The position numbers were made by a program, and so were the translations under genes. A model generated the notes under the pieces. The model did no database searches and was not told the DNA's origin. It was given only the letters and a program-made list of their open reading frames with translations. From NCBI GenBank assembly GCA_023910605.1, contig JAAVVV010000001.1:422698-486697 (forward strand): a stretch of DNA of 64,000 nucleotides, written 5' to 3'. This DNA is from Bosea sp. (in: a-proteobacteria) (lineage in GTDB: Bacteria; Pseudomonadota; Alphaproteobacteria; Rhizobiales; Beijerinckiaceae). Below are positions 32,409 through 43,123 of this stretch, one piece after another; the stretch's first letter is position 1, and the number at the start of each line of letters is the position of its first letter.

Positions 32409-35054
32409 ATGCGCATGATCAGACGCCACTCCTGGAGCGACCATCTCCCGCCGGCGCTGCGGGACTTCATCCACCGCCGCGCCGCAGAGATGGCGGGCCT
32501 GGCGATTCTGGCGACCGTGATCGCGCTTCTGGTGGCGCTGGCGAGCTGGTCCGTCGACGATCCGAGCCTCAACAACGCCACCGACGGCGCTGTCCGCAAT
32601 CTCATGGGCATGCCGGGCGCCATCTTCGCCGACCTGCTGATGCAGTTGCTCGGGCTCGGCGTCGTCGGCCTTCTGCTTCCGCCCTTTGCCTGGGCGCTCA
32701 AGCTGCTGCGCACCCGCTCTCTCGGGCGTTTCGCCCTGAGGGTCGTGCTCTGGCTGCTGGGCGCCGTGGCGGCCGCGGCCGTGGCCAGCGCCCTGCCCCC
32801 ATCCAGCCGCTGGCCGCTGCCTTCGGGCCTTGGCGGCGTGGTGGGCGACACGCTGCATCTGGGCGCGCGCAATCTGCTCGGCCTGTCAGGCTCTGCCTTC
32901 GGCAGTCTTGTCGGCTTCGTCTATCTCGCCATCGCCGTGCTCTCGTTGACCGCCGCCGCCGGCTACGCCTTCGCCCGCGATGCTGACGACGAGGAGGATT
33001 GGGCCGGGGAAGATGAGGATGAGGACCGCATCCGGGCCGATTCCGAGCCCGGCCTTGGCGTCATTCTGGTCGGCGCCGTCGCGCATATGCTGATGACCGT
33101 GCGCGGCGCCCTGCGTCGCTGGACGGGCGGCCAGCGCATGGCCTATGCAGGCCAGACCGGCCTTGCCCATGCCGACGACGGCGGCAGCCGCCGCACGCAG
33201 CGCGCACGGCTCGAGCCCGGCTTCGGCGATTCTCCGCACACCGCGCGGCCTGAACGCAGCCGCGCCCCAGACCTCGATCATGATGAACCGGCTGCGGACA
33301 GGCTCCCGCGCGGCGCTGACGAGGCGCGCGGCCTGAAGCCCGGCTCGCGTTCCGTCGCGCGACCTGTCGCACCCATGCCGACCAGCCCCGCGCCCTTCCT
33401 CGATGACGAGGACGAGGCGGATGACGAGACCGTGAGCCACCGCGTCGCCGCGCCGCCACCGCCGCCCAGGCCCGGCAAGCGCATGCAGCGCGAAGCCCAG
33501 CCCTCGCTGCTCGACACAGACCGCTTCGCCCTGCCCGCCCTCACCTTTCTCACCGAACCCAAGACATCAGCCGCGCCCCAGATCTCCACCGATGCGCTTG
33601 AGCAGAACGCCACCTTGCTCGAAGGCGTGCTCGAGGATTTCGGCGTGCGCGGCGAGATCGTGCAGGTCCGTCCCGGCCCAGTGGTCACGCTCTACGAGCT
33701 CGAGCCTGCGCCCGGCACCAAATCGTCTCGCGTCATCAGCCTTGCTGATGACATCGCCCGCTCGATGAGCGCGGTCTCGGCGCGCGTGGCGGTGGTTCAG
33801 GGCCGCAATGTCATCGGCGTCGAGCTTCCCAACGCCAAGCGCGAGACAGTCTATCTGCGCGAACTGCTCGCCTCCGCCGATTTCGAGCAGAGCAAGCACA
33901 GGCTGGCCCTGTGCCTCGGCAAGACCATCGGCGGCGAGCCGGTGATCGCTGATCTTGCCAAGATGCCGCATCTTCTGGTGGCTGGCACCACCGGCTCGGG
34001 CAAGTCCGTCGCCATCAACACCATGATCCTGTCGATTCTCTACCGGCTCAAGCCCGAGGAATGCCGGCTGATCATGGTGGACCCGAAGATGCTGGAGCTG
34101 TCGGTCTATGACGGCATCCCGCATCTGCTCACGCCCGTCGTGACAGACCCCAAGAAGGCTGTGGTGGCCCTCAAATGGGCGGTGCGTGAGATGGAGGAGC
34201 GCTACAAGAAGATGTCGAAGCTGGGCGTGCGCAACATCGACGGCTTCAACCAGCGCGTCATCGAGGCGCGCGACAAGGGCGAGATCATCACCCGCACGGT
34301 CCAGACCGGCTTCGACCGCCACAGCGGCGAAGCGATCTACGAACAGGAGGACATGGATCTCGAGGCGCTGCCCTACATCGTCGTGATCGTCGACGAGATG
34401 GCAGACCTCATGATGGTGGCAGGCAAGGACATCGAGGGCACCATCCAGCGGCTTGCCCAGATGGCGCGCGCCGCCGGCATCCATGTCGTGCTCGCCACAC
34501 AGCGCCCCTCGGTCGATGTCATCACCGGCACCATCAAGGCCAACTTCCCCACCCGCATCTCCTTCCAGGTCACCTCGAAGATCGATTCACGCACCATCCT
34601 TGGCGAGCAGGGGGCGGAGCAGCTGCTGGGCCAGGGCGACATGCTCTTCATGGCGGGCGGCGGACGCATCACGCGCGTCCACGGCCCCTTCGTGTCCGAC
34701 AGCGAGGTCGAGAAGGTCGTCGCCCACCTCAAGACGCAGGGCCGGCCCGACTATCTCGACGCGGTGACCGCCGACGAGACTGAATCCGGCGCGGCTGCCG
34801 ATGATGACGGCGCGGTGTTCGACAAGTCGGACATGGGGGCGGCCTCAGAAGACCCTTATGAGCAGGCTGTCGCGGTTGTCCTGCGCGACAACAAGGCCTC
34901 CACCTCCTACATCCAGCGGCGGCTGCAGATTGGCTACAACCGCGCGGCCTCGATCATGGAGCGCATGGAGACCGAGGGCATCGTCGGTCCCGCCAACCAT
35001 GCCGGCAAGCGCGAGATCCTGGTCGAGACGCAAGGCCGCCGTGACGAGGATTGA
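32409..35054 (+). CDS. ftsK: DNA translocase FtsK
   Basis: N-terminal TM segments, [33 protein letters not shown], and gamma domain [17 protein letters not shown]. Confidence 0.97.
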   Translation: MRMIRRHSWSDHLPPALRDFIHRRAAEMAGLAILATVIALLVALASWSVDDPSLNNATDGAVRNLMGMPGAIFADLLMQLLGLGVVGLLLPPFAWALKLLRTRSLGRFALRVVLWLLGAVAAAAVASALPPSSRWPLPSGLGGVVGDTLHLGARNLLGLSGSAFGSLVGFVYLAIAVLSLTAAAGYAFARDADDEEDWAGEDEDEDRIRADSEPGLGVILVGAVAHMLMTVRGALRRWTGGQRMAYAGQTGLAHADDGGSRRTQRARLEPGFGDSPHTARPERSRAPDLDHDEPAADRLPRGADEARGLKPGSRSVARPVAPMPTSPAPFLDDEDEADDETVSHRVAAPPPPPRPGKRMQREAQPSLLDTDRFALPALTFLTEPKTSAAPQISTDALEQNATLLEGVLEDFGVRGEIVQVRPGPVVTLYELEPAPGTKSSRVISLADDIARSMSAVSARVAVVQGRNVIGVELPNAKRETVYLRELLASADFEQSKHRLALCLGKTIGGEPVIADLAKMPHLLVAGTTGSGKSVAINTMILSILYRLKPEECRLIMVDPKMLELSVYDGIPHLLTPVVTDPKKAVVALKWAVREMEERYKKMSKLGVRNIDGFNQRVIEARDKGEIITRTVQTGFDRHSGEAIYEQEDMDLEALPYIVVIVDEMADLMMVAGKDIEGTIQRLAQMARAAGIHVVLATQRPSVDVITGTIKANFPTRISFQVTSKIDSRTILGEQGAEQLLGQGDMLFMAGGGRITRVHGPFVSDSEVEKVVAHLKTQGRPDYLDAVTADETESGAAADDDGAVFDKSDMGAASEDPYEQAVAVVLRDNKASTSYIQRRLQIGYNRAASIMERMETEGIVGPANHAGKREILVETQGRRDED

Positions 35055-35275
35055 TGGCCCTGGGGCTGCCAGCCCGCGCCGCCGTGACAGGCTTGTGAAT
35101 GACTGCTCGAGGCGCCCGCCTGGCGCGCCTGGCGGAATCCGATTGAATTTCGCCGCGTGGATCGCCATGTGAAGAAGAGGCGTGACGCATCTGCGAGACT
35201 TGGCCATATTGGCCATTCTGGTCCCGTGATCCTTGACCGCCGCCCGGCCTCGAACCCCGAGGGGAAGGATTGAGC

Positions 35276-36070
35276 ATGATCGCGCGAGCCCTCGCGCTGG
35301 CCGCCCTGCTGCTTGTGCCCGTGGCCGAGGTCGCGATGGCGCAGCAGGTGCCGTTCCCGCCTCGCCGCCCGGCCGAACTTGGGCGTTCGGCGCGTTCTCC
35401 AGCGCCCGCGCCTGCGGCCGCAACGCCCGCCTCACCGTCCCAGCCGCTGACCCCGGCCGCCGCACCGATGCGCCTGACGCCCGACGCCGCGACCACGCCT
35501 GTCAGGCCCGCCCCCACGGGTCCGCTGAGCGAGGATGCGGCGCTGGACCGCGTCAACGACTACATGAACTCCTTCCGCACGCTCATCGCCGATTTCGTGC
35601 AGTTCGGCGGGGATGGGCGGAGATATGAAGGCCGGCTCTATATCCACCGTCCCGGCCGGATGCGCTTCGAATATCGCCCGCCAGCCACCATCGAGGTGAT
35701 TTCGGACGGCACTACCGTGGCCGTGCGCGACAAGCGTCTGGCAACCCAGGACAATTACCTGATCGGCCAGACGCCGCTCAAATTCCTGCTCAAGGAGCGC
35801 ATCGACCTGCGCCGCGACGTCAAGATCCTTGGCGTCTCCTCAAGGCCTGACCTCATCCGCGTGACCATGGAGGACAGGGCGACGCTTGGCGGCACCTCAC
35901 GGATCACCCTGCATTACGACCCGCGCGCCGACCGGCTCAGGCAATGGGTGATCATCGATCCGCAGGGATACGAGACCAGCGTGCAGGTGGCGAATCTGGA
36001 CACGGATCGCCGGCCCGACCCGTCGCTCTTCCGGATCACCATCAACAATGACCGGACCAGCAACAACTGA
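35276..36070 (+). CDS. lolA: outer-membrane lipoprotein carrier LolA
   Basis: Signal peptide; ADFVQ and G..YIHRPGRMRFEY; follows ftsK. Confidence 0.88.
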   Translation: MIARALALAALLLVPVAEVAMAQQVPFPPRRPAELGRSARSPAPAPAAATPASPSQPLTPAAAPMRLTPDAATTPVRPAPTGPLSEDAALDRVNDYMNSFRTLIADFVQFGGDGRRYEGRLYIHRPGRMRFEYRPPATIEVISDGTTVAVRDKRLATQDNYLIGQTPLKFLLKERIDLRRDVKILGVSSRPDLIRVTMEDRATLGGTSRITLHYDPRADRLRQWVIIDPQGYETSVQVANLDTDRRPDPSLFRITINNDRTSNN

Positions 36071-36185
36071 GCCGGGGTCTGACGGTCGCATTGTCCGCCG
36101 GCGCCTTGAAATGCTGAAACCGGGCGCTTGAATCGTTTGATGAGCGCGCCAGTTTCCCTTCCGGGGATCCACAATGCCGTTTTTG

Positions 36186-36320
36186 ACCCCCCCGTTCGGA
36201 GACGGCCCTGCCCCACGCCGGGAGGCATCCCTCCTGCCGGCAGCGCCCCACAGCGCAAGCGCCCAACCTCCCCCCGGGGTTGGGCGCCTCCGCTTCGGGG
36301 CCCGCTTTCGCCCCGGGCGT
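36186..36320 (+). ncRNA. candidate multi-hairpin small RNA or structured leader with C-rich loops (strand inferred)
   Basis: Four to five consecutive hairpins, including a 12-bp stem GCGCCCAACCTC-CCCCC-GGGGTTGGGCGC. Confidence 0.35.
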
Positions 36321-36402
36321 CCTTGCGCTTGCACAACCGTGTCAACGGGGGCATGAGCGGCACAGCCTTCGCTCCCTCATCCTTGTCTCCGACGCCCCGT
36401 CC

Positions 36403-37263
36403 ATGAAGCTCTCCGTCACCACCTGGAACATCAATTCCGTTCGCCTGCGCTTTCCGATCGTGAAGGGGCTTCTGGAGACGACGCGGCCTGACGTTCTGTG
36501 CCTTCAGGAGACGAAGACGCCGGATGATCGTTTCCCCGCGGCTGATTTCGCAGCGCTCGGCTACGTCCACCAGGCCTTCATCGGCAACAAGGGCTACAAT
36601 GGCGTGGCCGTGCTGTCCCGACTGCCCTTCGCCGCCCGCGCCACCATGGCGATGTGCGGTCGCAACGATGCCCGGCATGTCTCGGTGACGCTGGGCGCCG
36701 AGGCTGGCCTCGTCGCCGACGTCGATATCCACAACTTCTATGTGCCGGCCGGCGGCGACGAGCCCGATCCCGCCATCAACGAGAAGTTTGCCCACAAGCT
36801 TGCCTTCCTTGACGAGATGAATCGCTGGGCCGGGGCCGCGAAGCCCACCGGGCGCTCCGCCATCCTTGTCGGCGACCTCAACATCGCGCCTTACGAATCG
36901 GATGTCTGGAGCCACCGGCAGCTGCTCGACGTGGTCAGCCACACCCCGATCGAGACCGAGACGCTCGAGCGCTTCCGGCGCGAACATGGCTGGGTGGATG
37001 CGATCCGCCAGCACTGGCCGGAGCCGGAGAAGGTCTACACCTGGTGGAGCTACCGCGCGCAGGACTGGCGCGCCGCCGACCGTGGACGCCGGCTCGACCA
37101 TGTCTGGGTGTCGCCGGACCTCGCCCCGCGCCTCGCCTCTGCGACCATCGAGAAGGATGCGCGCGGCTGGGACAGGCCCTCGGACCATGTGCCGGTCACG
37201 ATCCGGCTGGACCTCGAGGCAGGATCAGCGGTCGCTCGCGCTCAGGTCACGCCTGACGTTTGA
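36403..37263 (+). CDS. xth: exodeoxyribonuclease III
   Basis: TTWNINSVR, LCLQETK, KGYNGVA, GDLNIAP, YTWWSYR, RRLDHVW and SDHVPV. Confidence 0.95.
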   Translation: MKLSVTTWNINSVRLRFPIVKGLLETTRPDVLCLQETKTPDDRFPAADFAALGYVHQAFIGNKGYNGVAVLSRLPFAARATMAMCGRNDARHVSVTLGAEAGLVADVDIHNFYVPAGGDEPDPAINEKFAHKLAFLDEMNRWAGAAKPTGRSAILVGDLNIAPYESDVWSHRQLLDVVSHTPIETETLERFRREHGWVDAIRQHWPEPEKVYTWWSYRAQDWRAADRGRRLDHVWVSPDLAPRLASATIEKDARGWDRPSDHVPVTIRLDLEAGSAVARAQVTPDV

Positions 37264-37686
37264 GAGTTCGGCCGTCAGCCCGCGCACGCGCTCTGCCATG
37301 AGATCGCGAATCGTGGCGGCCGCCTCGGGAAACTCGAGGAGCACGCGCATCATCACCTTGTGCGGCAGCTTCATCACCGTGGACAGCTCTCGCGCGATCG
37401 CGGTCGCAGGGCGGGTGACCTCTGTGAACAGCGCTGTCTCGCCCAGGAGATAGCCAGGCCGCGCCAGCTCGACTGCCGGCGATCCGTCAGCCCGAGAATC
37501 CAGCGCCAGCAGCCCCGTCACGACGATATAGCCGCCATCGGCGCGGTCGCCCTTGCGGAACAGGATGTCTCCGACCCGCATCACGCGCGTCTCCGCCGAG
37601 AAGGCGAGAAGGCGCAGGGCCTCCCGCGGCAGCACGGCCAGCAATGGCTGCGACTGCATGATGGCGATGTCCTTGTCCAGTGCCAT
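37225..37686 (-). CDS. stand-alone cyclic nucleotide-binding (CAP_ED) domain protein
   Basis: LRLLAFSAE...GDILFRKGD.ADGGYIV..G and LGETAL...RPATAIA. Confidence 0.85.
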   Translation of the reverse strand: MALDKDIAIMQSQPLLAVLPREALRLLAFSAETRVMRVGDILFRKGDRADGGYIVVTGLLALDSRADGSPAVELARPGYLLGETALFTEVTRPATAIARELSTVMKLPHKVMMRVLLEFPEAAATIRDLMAERVRGLTAELSNVRRDLSASDR

Positions 37687-37707
37687 GGCTCTACCCTCGC
37701 CTCGGTC

Positions 37708-38394
37708 TCAGGGTTCGAGCCGGTATCCGCCAGGATCGGTCATCAGGATCGTGGCGCGGCCGACATCGGGCTCGATCTTCTGGCGCAGGCGGTAGATGTG
37801 GGTTTCGAGCGTATGGGTCGTGACGGTGGCGTTGTAGCCCCAGACCTCCTGCAGCAGCACGTCGCGCGGCACGGGCTTGCGCCCCGCCCGGTAGAGAAAG
37901 CGCAGGATTGCGGTTTCCTTCTCGGTGAGCTTGAGCTTCGAGCCCTTGCCCGAGACAAGCAGCTTGGAGCCGGGATGGAAGGTGTAGGGTCCGATCTGAA
38001 AGACAGCATCCTCGCTCGCCTCATGCTGCCTGAGATGCGCGCGGATACGCGCGAGCAGCACCGCGAAGCGAAACGGCTTGACCACATAATCATTCGCCCC
38101 CGCCTCCAGCCCCAGCACCGTATCGGCATCAGAGCCCTGGGCGGTCAGCATGATGATCGGCGCCTTGAAGCCGCCGCGCCGCATCTGCTTCACCGCGTCG
38201 CGGCCGTCCATGTCGGGCAGGCCGACATCCATCACCGCAAGGTCGATGCGTTCGCTCTTGGCGGTCTGGATCGCGCCCTGCGCATTGGCCGCCTGCACCG
38301 TCTCGAACTCCGCATACTGCCCCAGTTGCTCGGCAAGCGTCTCGCGCAGCACGTCTTCGTCGTCGACAAGCAGGAGCCGGTAGGTCTGGGACAT
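37708..38394 (-). CDS. cenR: OmpR-family response regulator, CenR/OtpR-type
   Basis: Receiver DD...D..LPDMDG...KPF; output domain LTEKETAILRFLYRAG and THTLETHIYRLRQKIE typical of CenR; conserved neighbourhood with the cNMP gene. Confidence 0.75.
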   Translation of the reverse strand: MSQTYRLLLVDDEDVLRETLAEQLGQYAEFETVQAANAQGAIQTAKSERIDLAVMDVGLPDMDGRDAVKQMRRGGFKAPIIMLTAQGSDADTVLGLEAGANDYVVKPFRFAVLLARIRAHLRQHEASEDAVFQIGPYTFHPGSKLLVSGKGSKLKLTEKETAILRFLYRAGRKPVPRDVLLQEVWGYNATVTTHTLETHIYRLRQKIEPDVGRATILMTDPGGYRLEP

Positions 38395-38560
38395 GTTCGG
38401 AAAACCATTATACAAGGACAGCGAAGCATCGTGAGGATAGCGCCTTTCGCCCGAAAGGCGAAGCCCGCGTTGCGGCGCCGCCTTGGGCTGTCCATGCTGG
38501 CGCAGCGTTGTGGCGAGCACATGAGCAGCGGCAGGAGGGCGGCGGAAACGCCGCGCGGAC

Positions 38561-39160
38561 ATGAACGGTTATCCGATTGCGTCGCTGCGGCTAGTGCCGT
38601 CTGTGCGCAACCGCACACGCGGCTTTCTCATCGCCGGCGCCTCGGTCTTCGACTGCGCGATCGGCCGGGGCGGCATCATCGTCCGCAAGCGGGAGGGTGA
38701 CGGCGGCACCCCGCGCGCCATCCTGCCGCTCAGGCGCCTGTTCCTGCGCCCGGACAAGGGCCCGCGCCTGCCCTCCGCCTTGCCCGCCCGTTGGCTGACG
38801 CGGCAGGACGCCTGGTGCGACGACATCCGCGACCGGCGCTACAATCGCCTCATCCAACGTCCCCCCGGCCCGGCCGAGGAACGCCTGTGGCGCGAGGATC
38901 ATCTTTACGACCTCATCGTGGAACTGGGCTGGAACGACGCCCCCATCCGCCGCGGCCATGGCAGCGCGATCTTCTGGCACCTGCCGCGTCCTGGCCTGAC
39001 CGCGACCGCCGGATGCATGGCGACGCCGCGCGCCGTCTTCCTCAAGGTGTTGCCACGCCTCGGCCGCGGCACGAGGCTCATCGTCGCGGGCGCGCGCCCG
39101 GCCCCATCAGGCGCGCGCGCCAAAGATCGCGCTGCCAAGCCGCACATGCGTCGCGCCTAG
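38561..39160 (+). CDS. L,D-transpeptidase (YkuD-like) family protein
   Basis: CAIGRGG...KREGDGGTP, WCDD...YNR and GSAIFWH......TAGC. Confidence 0.8.
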   Translation: MNGYPIASLRLVPSVRNRTRGFLIAGASVFDCAIGRGGIIVRKREGDGGTPRAILPLRRLFLRPDKGPRLPSALPARWLTRQDAWCDDIRDRRYNRLIQRPPGPAEERLWREDHLYDLIVELGWNDAPIRRGHGSAIFWHLPRPGLTATAGCMATPRAVFLKVLPRLGRGTRLIVAGARPAPSGARAKDRAAKPHMRRA

Positions 39161-39769
39161 CTGGATCGCGGCGGCATAGTCCGCGCTCATGCCCATGGAG
39201 AGCGTCGTCAGGTGGTGGCGGCCAGCGATGGCCGCGAGCAGCGCGAAATGCGGCGAAGGCGGCTGGTCGGCCGGGGGAATGCACATCAGCCCGTCAATGG
39301 CGAGGCCGTGTCCGGTCCTGCAGCGTGCGATGAAATCATCGACATCGGCGGGGCCTACCCCGCCCTTCTGCGGCTCGTCGCCGGTGTTGACCTGCACCAG
39401 AAGGCGCGGGCTGCGCCCCTGCCGCGCGATCTCGCGCGCGAGTTCCTTCGCGAGGCTCTCGCGGTCCAGCGTCTCGATCACGTCGAACAGCGCCACCGCG
39501 TCGCGCGCCTTGTTGGACTGCAGCGGTCCGATCAGGTGCAAGGTCACGCCGGCGAAGGCCTCGCGCAGCGCCGGCCACTTGGCTCTCGCCTCCTGGACGT
39601 AGTTCTCGCCGAAACGGCGATGGCCGGCCTCGAGAACCGGCGTGATGGCGGCGGCGTCGAAGAGCTTGGAGACGGCCACCAGCGCGACATCCTGCGGCTT
39701 TCGCCCGGCATCGCGCGCCGCCCTTGCGACAAGCGCCTCGACCTCCCTGAAACGGGTCGTCACGTCCAT
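39107..39769 (-). CDS. yggS: YggS family PLP homeostasis protein
   Basis: LVAVSK, FGENYVQE, HLIGPLQSNK, LSMGMSADY and HVRLGSAIFG. Confidence 0.95.
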   Translation of the reverse strand: MDVTTRFREVEALVARAARDAGRKPQDVALVAVSKLFDAAAITPVLEAGHRRFGENYVQEARAKWPALREAFAGVTLHLIGPLQSNKARDAVALFDVIETLDRESLAKELAREIARQGRSPRLLVQVNTGDEPQKGGVGPADVDDFIARCRTGHGLAIDGLMCIPPADQPPSPHFALLAAIAGRHHLTTLSMGMSADYAAAIQLGATHVRLGSAIFGARA

Positions 39770-39939
39770 GCCTCTGGCCTTCCTCACCGCAAAACCGCGC
39801 ATGGCGGACGGCCAACCACGTTGACCGCGCGCGCCTGATCGTGTCCTAGTCGGATCTTCACCGTGCACGCAACTGGCGTTTGCGAGGCATGTTTTGTTTG
39901 GCTGCCTCTGGCGGCCAGGTTTGGGCACTGATCAGGCGA

Positions 39940-42579
39940 ATGACCATCGAACGCTATAACCCCAAGGATGTCGAACCGCGCTGGCGCAAGGCATGGGACG
40001 AGCAGGATCTGTACCGTACCCGGAACGATGATCCGCGCCCGAAGTACTATGTCCTTGAAATGTTTCCGTATCCGTCCGGGCGCATCCATATCGGCCATGT
40101 CCGCAACTACACGATGGGCGACGTGGTGGCCCGCTACAAGCGCGCCCGCGGCTTCAATGTGCTGCATCCGATGGGCTGGGACGCATTCGGCCTTCCTGCG
40201 GAGAATGCCGCGCGCGACAACAGGGTGAACCCGCGAGAGTGGACCTATGCCAACATCGCGACCATGCGGGGCCAGCTCAGGAGCATGGGCCTTTCGCTCG
40301 ACTGGTCGCGCGAGATCGCCACCTGCGACGCCGATTATTATCGTCATCAGCAGGCCATGTTCCTCGATTTCTGGAAGGCTGGCCTGGTCGAGCGCCGCTC
40401 GGCGAAGGTCAACTGGGACCCGGTCGACATGACCGTGCTGGCCAATGAGCAGGTCATCGACGGCAAGGGCTGGCGCTCGGGCGCGCCTGTCGAGCAGCGC
40501 GACCTGACACAGTGGTTCTTCAAGATCACGCGTTACTCACAGGAGTTGCTGGACGGCCTCGACCGGCTGGAGCGCTGGCCTGACAAGGTCAAGCTGATGC
40601 AGCGCAACTGGATCGGCCGCTCCGAGGGCCTGTTGGTGCGCTGGGCGCTCGACGAAGACGCCATGCCAGCCGGCATGTCCGAGCTGGAAATCTACACCAC
40701 GAGGCCAGACACGCTCTTCGGCGCCTCCTTCATGGCGCTGGCGCCCGATCACCCGCTCGCCCGCGCCGCAGCCGAGACCAACACCGATCTGGCCGCCTTC
40801 TGCGAGACATGCCGGCGCATGGGCACTTCGGCGGCGGAGATCGAGACGGCCGAGAAGCTGGGCTTCGACACCGGCATCCGCGCCATCCACCCGCTCGATC
40901 CGAACCTGAGCGTGCCGGTCTACGTTGCGAACTTCATCCTGATGGATTACGGCACGGGCGCCATCTTCGGATGCCCGGCCCATGACCAGCGCGACTTTGA
41001 CTTCGCCAGCAAGTATGGCCTGCCGATCACGCCGGTGGTGCAGCCTCCGGAGGGTGACGCAGCCGGCTTTTCGCTCGGGAAAGGCCCCTATCTCGAGGAT
41101 GGCGTGATGATCAATTCGCGCTTTCTCGACGGGCTGTCCACCACGGCGGCCTTCGAGGCGGTGGCCGGCCATCTCGCCGGTTTGACCCTCGCCGGGCATC
41201 CTGTCGCCAGGCGCAAGGTCAATTTCCGCCTGCGCGACTGGCTGATCTCGCGCCAGCGCTACTGGGGCTGCCCGATTCCCGTCATCCATTGCGATGATTG
41301 CGGCGCGGTGCCCGTGCCCAGGGCCTCGCTTCCCGTGCGCCTGCCCGATGATGTCTCCTTCGAGCGGCCCGGCAACCCGCTTGATCATCACCCCGGCTGG
41401 AAGCATTGCGCCTGTCCCGCCTGCGGCAAGCCTGCCCGTCGCGAGACCGACACCATGGACACCTTCGTGGACTCGTCCTGGTATTTCGCCCGCTTCACGG
41501 ATCCGGCGAACACCGGAAGCCCGACGACGCCCGGCTCTGTCGATGGCCCCGCCGGCTGGCTTCCTGTGCAGCAGTATATCGGTGGTGTGGAGCACGCGAT
41601 CCTGCACCTGCTCTATTCGCGCTTCTTCGCGCGCGCGATGAAGGCGACGGGGCATCTCTCGACGGTCGAGGAGCCCTTCGAGGGGTTGTTCACGCAAGGC
41701 ATGGTGGTCCACGAGACCTACCAGGACGCGTCCGGCGCCTTTGTCCTGCCGTCGGATGTGCGGATCGAGAGCGAGGGCGGCGAGCGCCGCGCGGTTCATG
41801 TCGAGACTGGCGCGCCCATCGCGATCGGCTCGATCGAGAAGATGTCGAAGTCGAAGAAGAACGTGGTCGATCCAGACGAGATCATCGCGTCCTATGGTGC
41901 CGACACCGCCCGCTGGTTCGTGCTGTCCGATTCGCCCCCCGATCGCGACGTGATCTGGACCGAGGACGGGGTGCAGGGGGCGTCACGCTTCGTCCAGCGA
42001 GCCTGGCGCCTGGTGAACGAGATCGCGGCCCTGGCCGGCCCGCCCGTGGACAAGCCGGCATCCGTGTCGGACGATGCGCTTGCCTTGCGCCGTGTGGCGC
42101 ATCGCACCTTGCATGCGGTCGGCCAGGACCTCGAGCGCCTGGCCTTCAACCGCTGCGTGGCGCACATCTACACCCTCGCCAACCAGATCTCGAAGTCGAT
42201 CGATGCCCTTCCCACCGACCAGCCTCCAGCAGACATGCGCTTCGCCTTGCGTGAGGCGGCGCAGGTCATGGTCCAGCTTCTGGCGCCGATGATGCCGCAT
42301 CTGGGCGAGGAATGCTGGATGGCGTTGCACTGCCACGGCATGGTGGCGGCAGCCCCCTGGCCAGTTGCCGATCCTGAACTGCTGGTGGAAGATACACTGA
42401 CCCTGCCTGTCCAGGTCAACGGCAGGAAGCGCGGCGACGTGAGCGTGCCCACCGACGCCGATGCCGCGCAGATCGAGGCCACTGTGCGCTCGCTCGATTT
42501 TGTCGATCGTGCCATGGACGGGCGTGCGATCAGGAAGGTGATCATCGTGCCCCGGAGGATCGTGAATGTCGTCGGTTGA
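39940..42579 (+). CDS. leuS: leucine--tRNA ligase
   Basis: [16 protein letters not shown] and KMSKSK motifs. Confidence 0.98.
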   Translation: MTIERYNPKDVEPRWRKAWDEQDLYRTRNDDPRPKYYVLEMFPYPSGRIHIGHVRNYTMGDVVARYKRARGFNVLHPMGWDAFGLPAENAARDNRVNPREWTYANIATMRGQLRSMGLSLDWSREIATCDADYYRHQQAMFLDFWKAGLVERRSAKVNWDPVDMTVLANEQVIDGKGWRSGAPVEQRDLTQWFFKITRYSQELLDGLDRLERWPDKVKLMQRNWIGRSEGLLVRWALDEDAMPAGMSELEIYTTRPDTLFGASFMALAPDHPLARAAAETNTDLAAFCETCRRMGTSAAEIETAEKLGFDTGIRAIHPLDPNLSVPVYVANFILMDYGTGAIFGCPAHDQRDFDFASKYGLPITPVVQPPEGDAAGFSLGKGPYLEDGVMINSRFLDGLSTTAAFEAVAGHLAGLTLAGHPVARRKVNFRLRDWLISRQRYWGCPIPVIHCDDCGAVPVPRASLPVRLPDDVSFERPGNPLDHHPGWKHCACPACGKPARRETDTMDTFVDSSWYFARFTDPANTGSPTTPGSVDGPAGWLPVQQYIGGVEHAILHLLYSRFFARAMKATGHLSTVEEPFEGLFTQGMVVHETYQDASGAFVLPSDVRIESEGGERRAVHVETGAPIAIGSIEKMSKSKKNVVDPDEIIASYGADTARWFVLSDSPPDRDVIWTEDGVQGASRFVQRAWRLVNEIAALAGPPVDKPASVSDDALALRRVAHRTLHAVGQDLERLAFNRCVAHIYTLANQISKSIDALPTDQPPADMRFALREAAQVMVQLLAPMMPHLGEECWMALHCHGMVAAAPWPVADPELLVEDTLTLPVQVNGRKRGDVSVPTDADAAQIEATVRSLDFVDRAMDGRAIRKVIIVPRRIVNVVG

Positions 42580-43117
42580 AACCAACACTGGCACGGCGCG
42601 GCGGCGCACCGGGGTGGCCGTCGTGGCGATGACTGTGGCGCTGGGTCTCGGCGGCTGCATCAGACCGCTTTACGCGCCCACCACCTTCTCGTCGCAGGGC
42701 GACAGCGTTCGGAACACGCTTGCGGCGATCGATGTTCCCGAGATTCCCGACCGCCTCGGCCATACGCTGCGCAACGAGCTCGTGTTCTTGCTGGACGCGC
42801 GCGACAGCGGCACGCCCAAGCGCTACCGCTTGCTGGTCTCGACCAACGAAACGGTGCAGACCACCATCGTCAACAGCCAGTTCCAGCGCGCCGATAGCGC
42901 AAGCGTACAGGCCAGCGCCAATTACCGTCTGATCAAGATCGACGACTCGCGCGAGGTCGCTGCTGGCTCGATCACAGGCTTTGCCACCTATGAGCGCACG
43001 CCGCAGCGCTTCGCCAATCTGAGGGCGGCGCGCGATGCCCAGCAGCGCGTGGCCCGGACTCTCGCCGAGCAGATCCATCTCCAGCTTGCGTCCAAGCTCA
43101 CCGCTGCGGGCGGGTAA
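42566..43117 (+). CDS. lptE: LPS assembly lipoprotein LptE
   Basis: Lipobox LGLGGC; [10 protein letters not shown]; conserved leuS-lptE-holA order. Confidence 0.85.
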   Translation: MSSVETNTGTARRRTGVAVVAMTVALGLGGCIRPLYAPTTFSSQGDSVRNTLAAIDVPEIPDRLGHTLRNELVFLLDARDSGTPKRYRLLVSTNETVQTTIVNSQFQRADSASVQASANYRLIKIDDSREVAAGSITGFATYERTPQRFANLRAARDAQQRVARTLAEQIHLQLASKLTAAGG

Positions 43118-43123
43118 TCCGTC

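Noticed and set aside
39880-39939. N-terminal extensions given by the ORF track for leuS, ccmA, ccmB, fabZ, ubiH-like, yggS, xth, ppsR, coaE and secB
   Set aside because: Family similarity begins at the downstream starts used above; the extensions look like open-frame carry-over.
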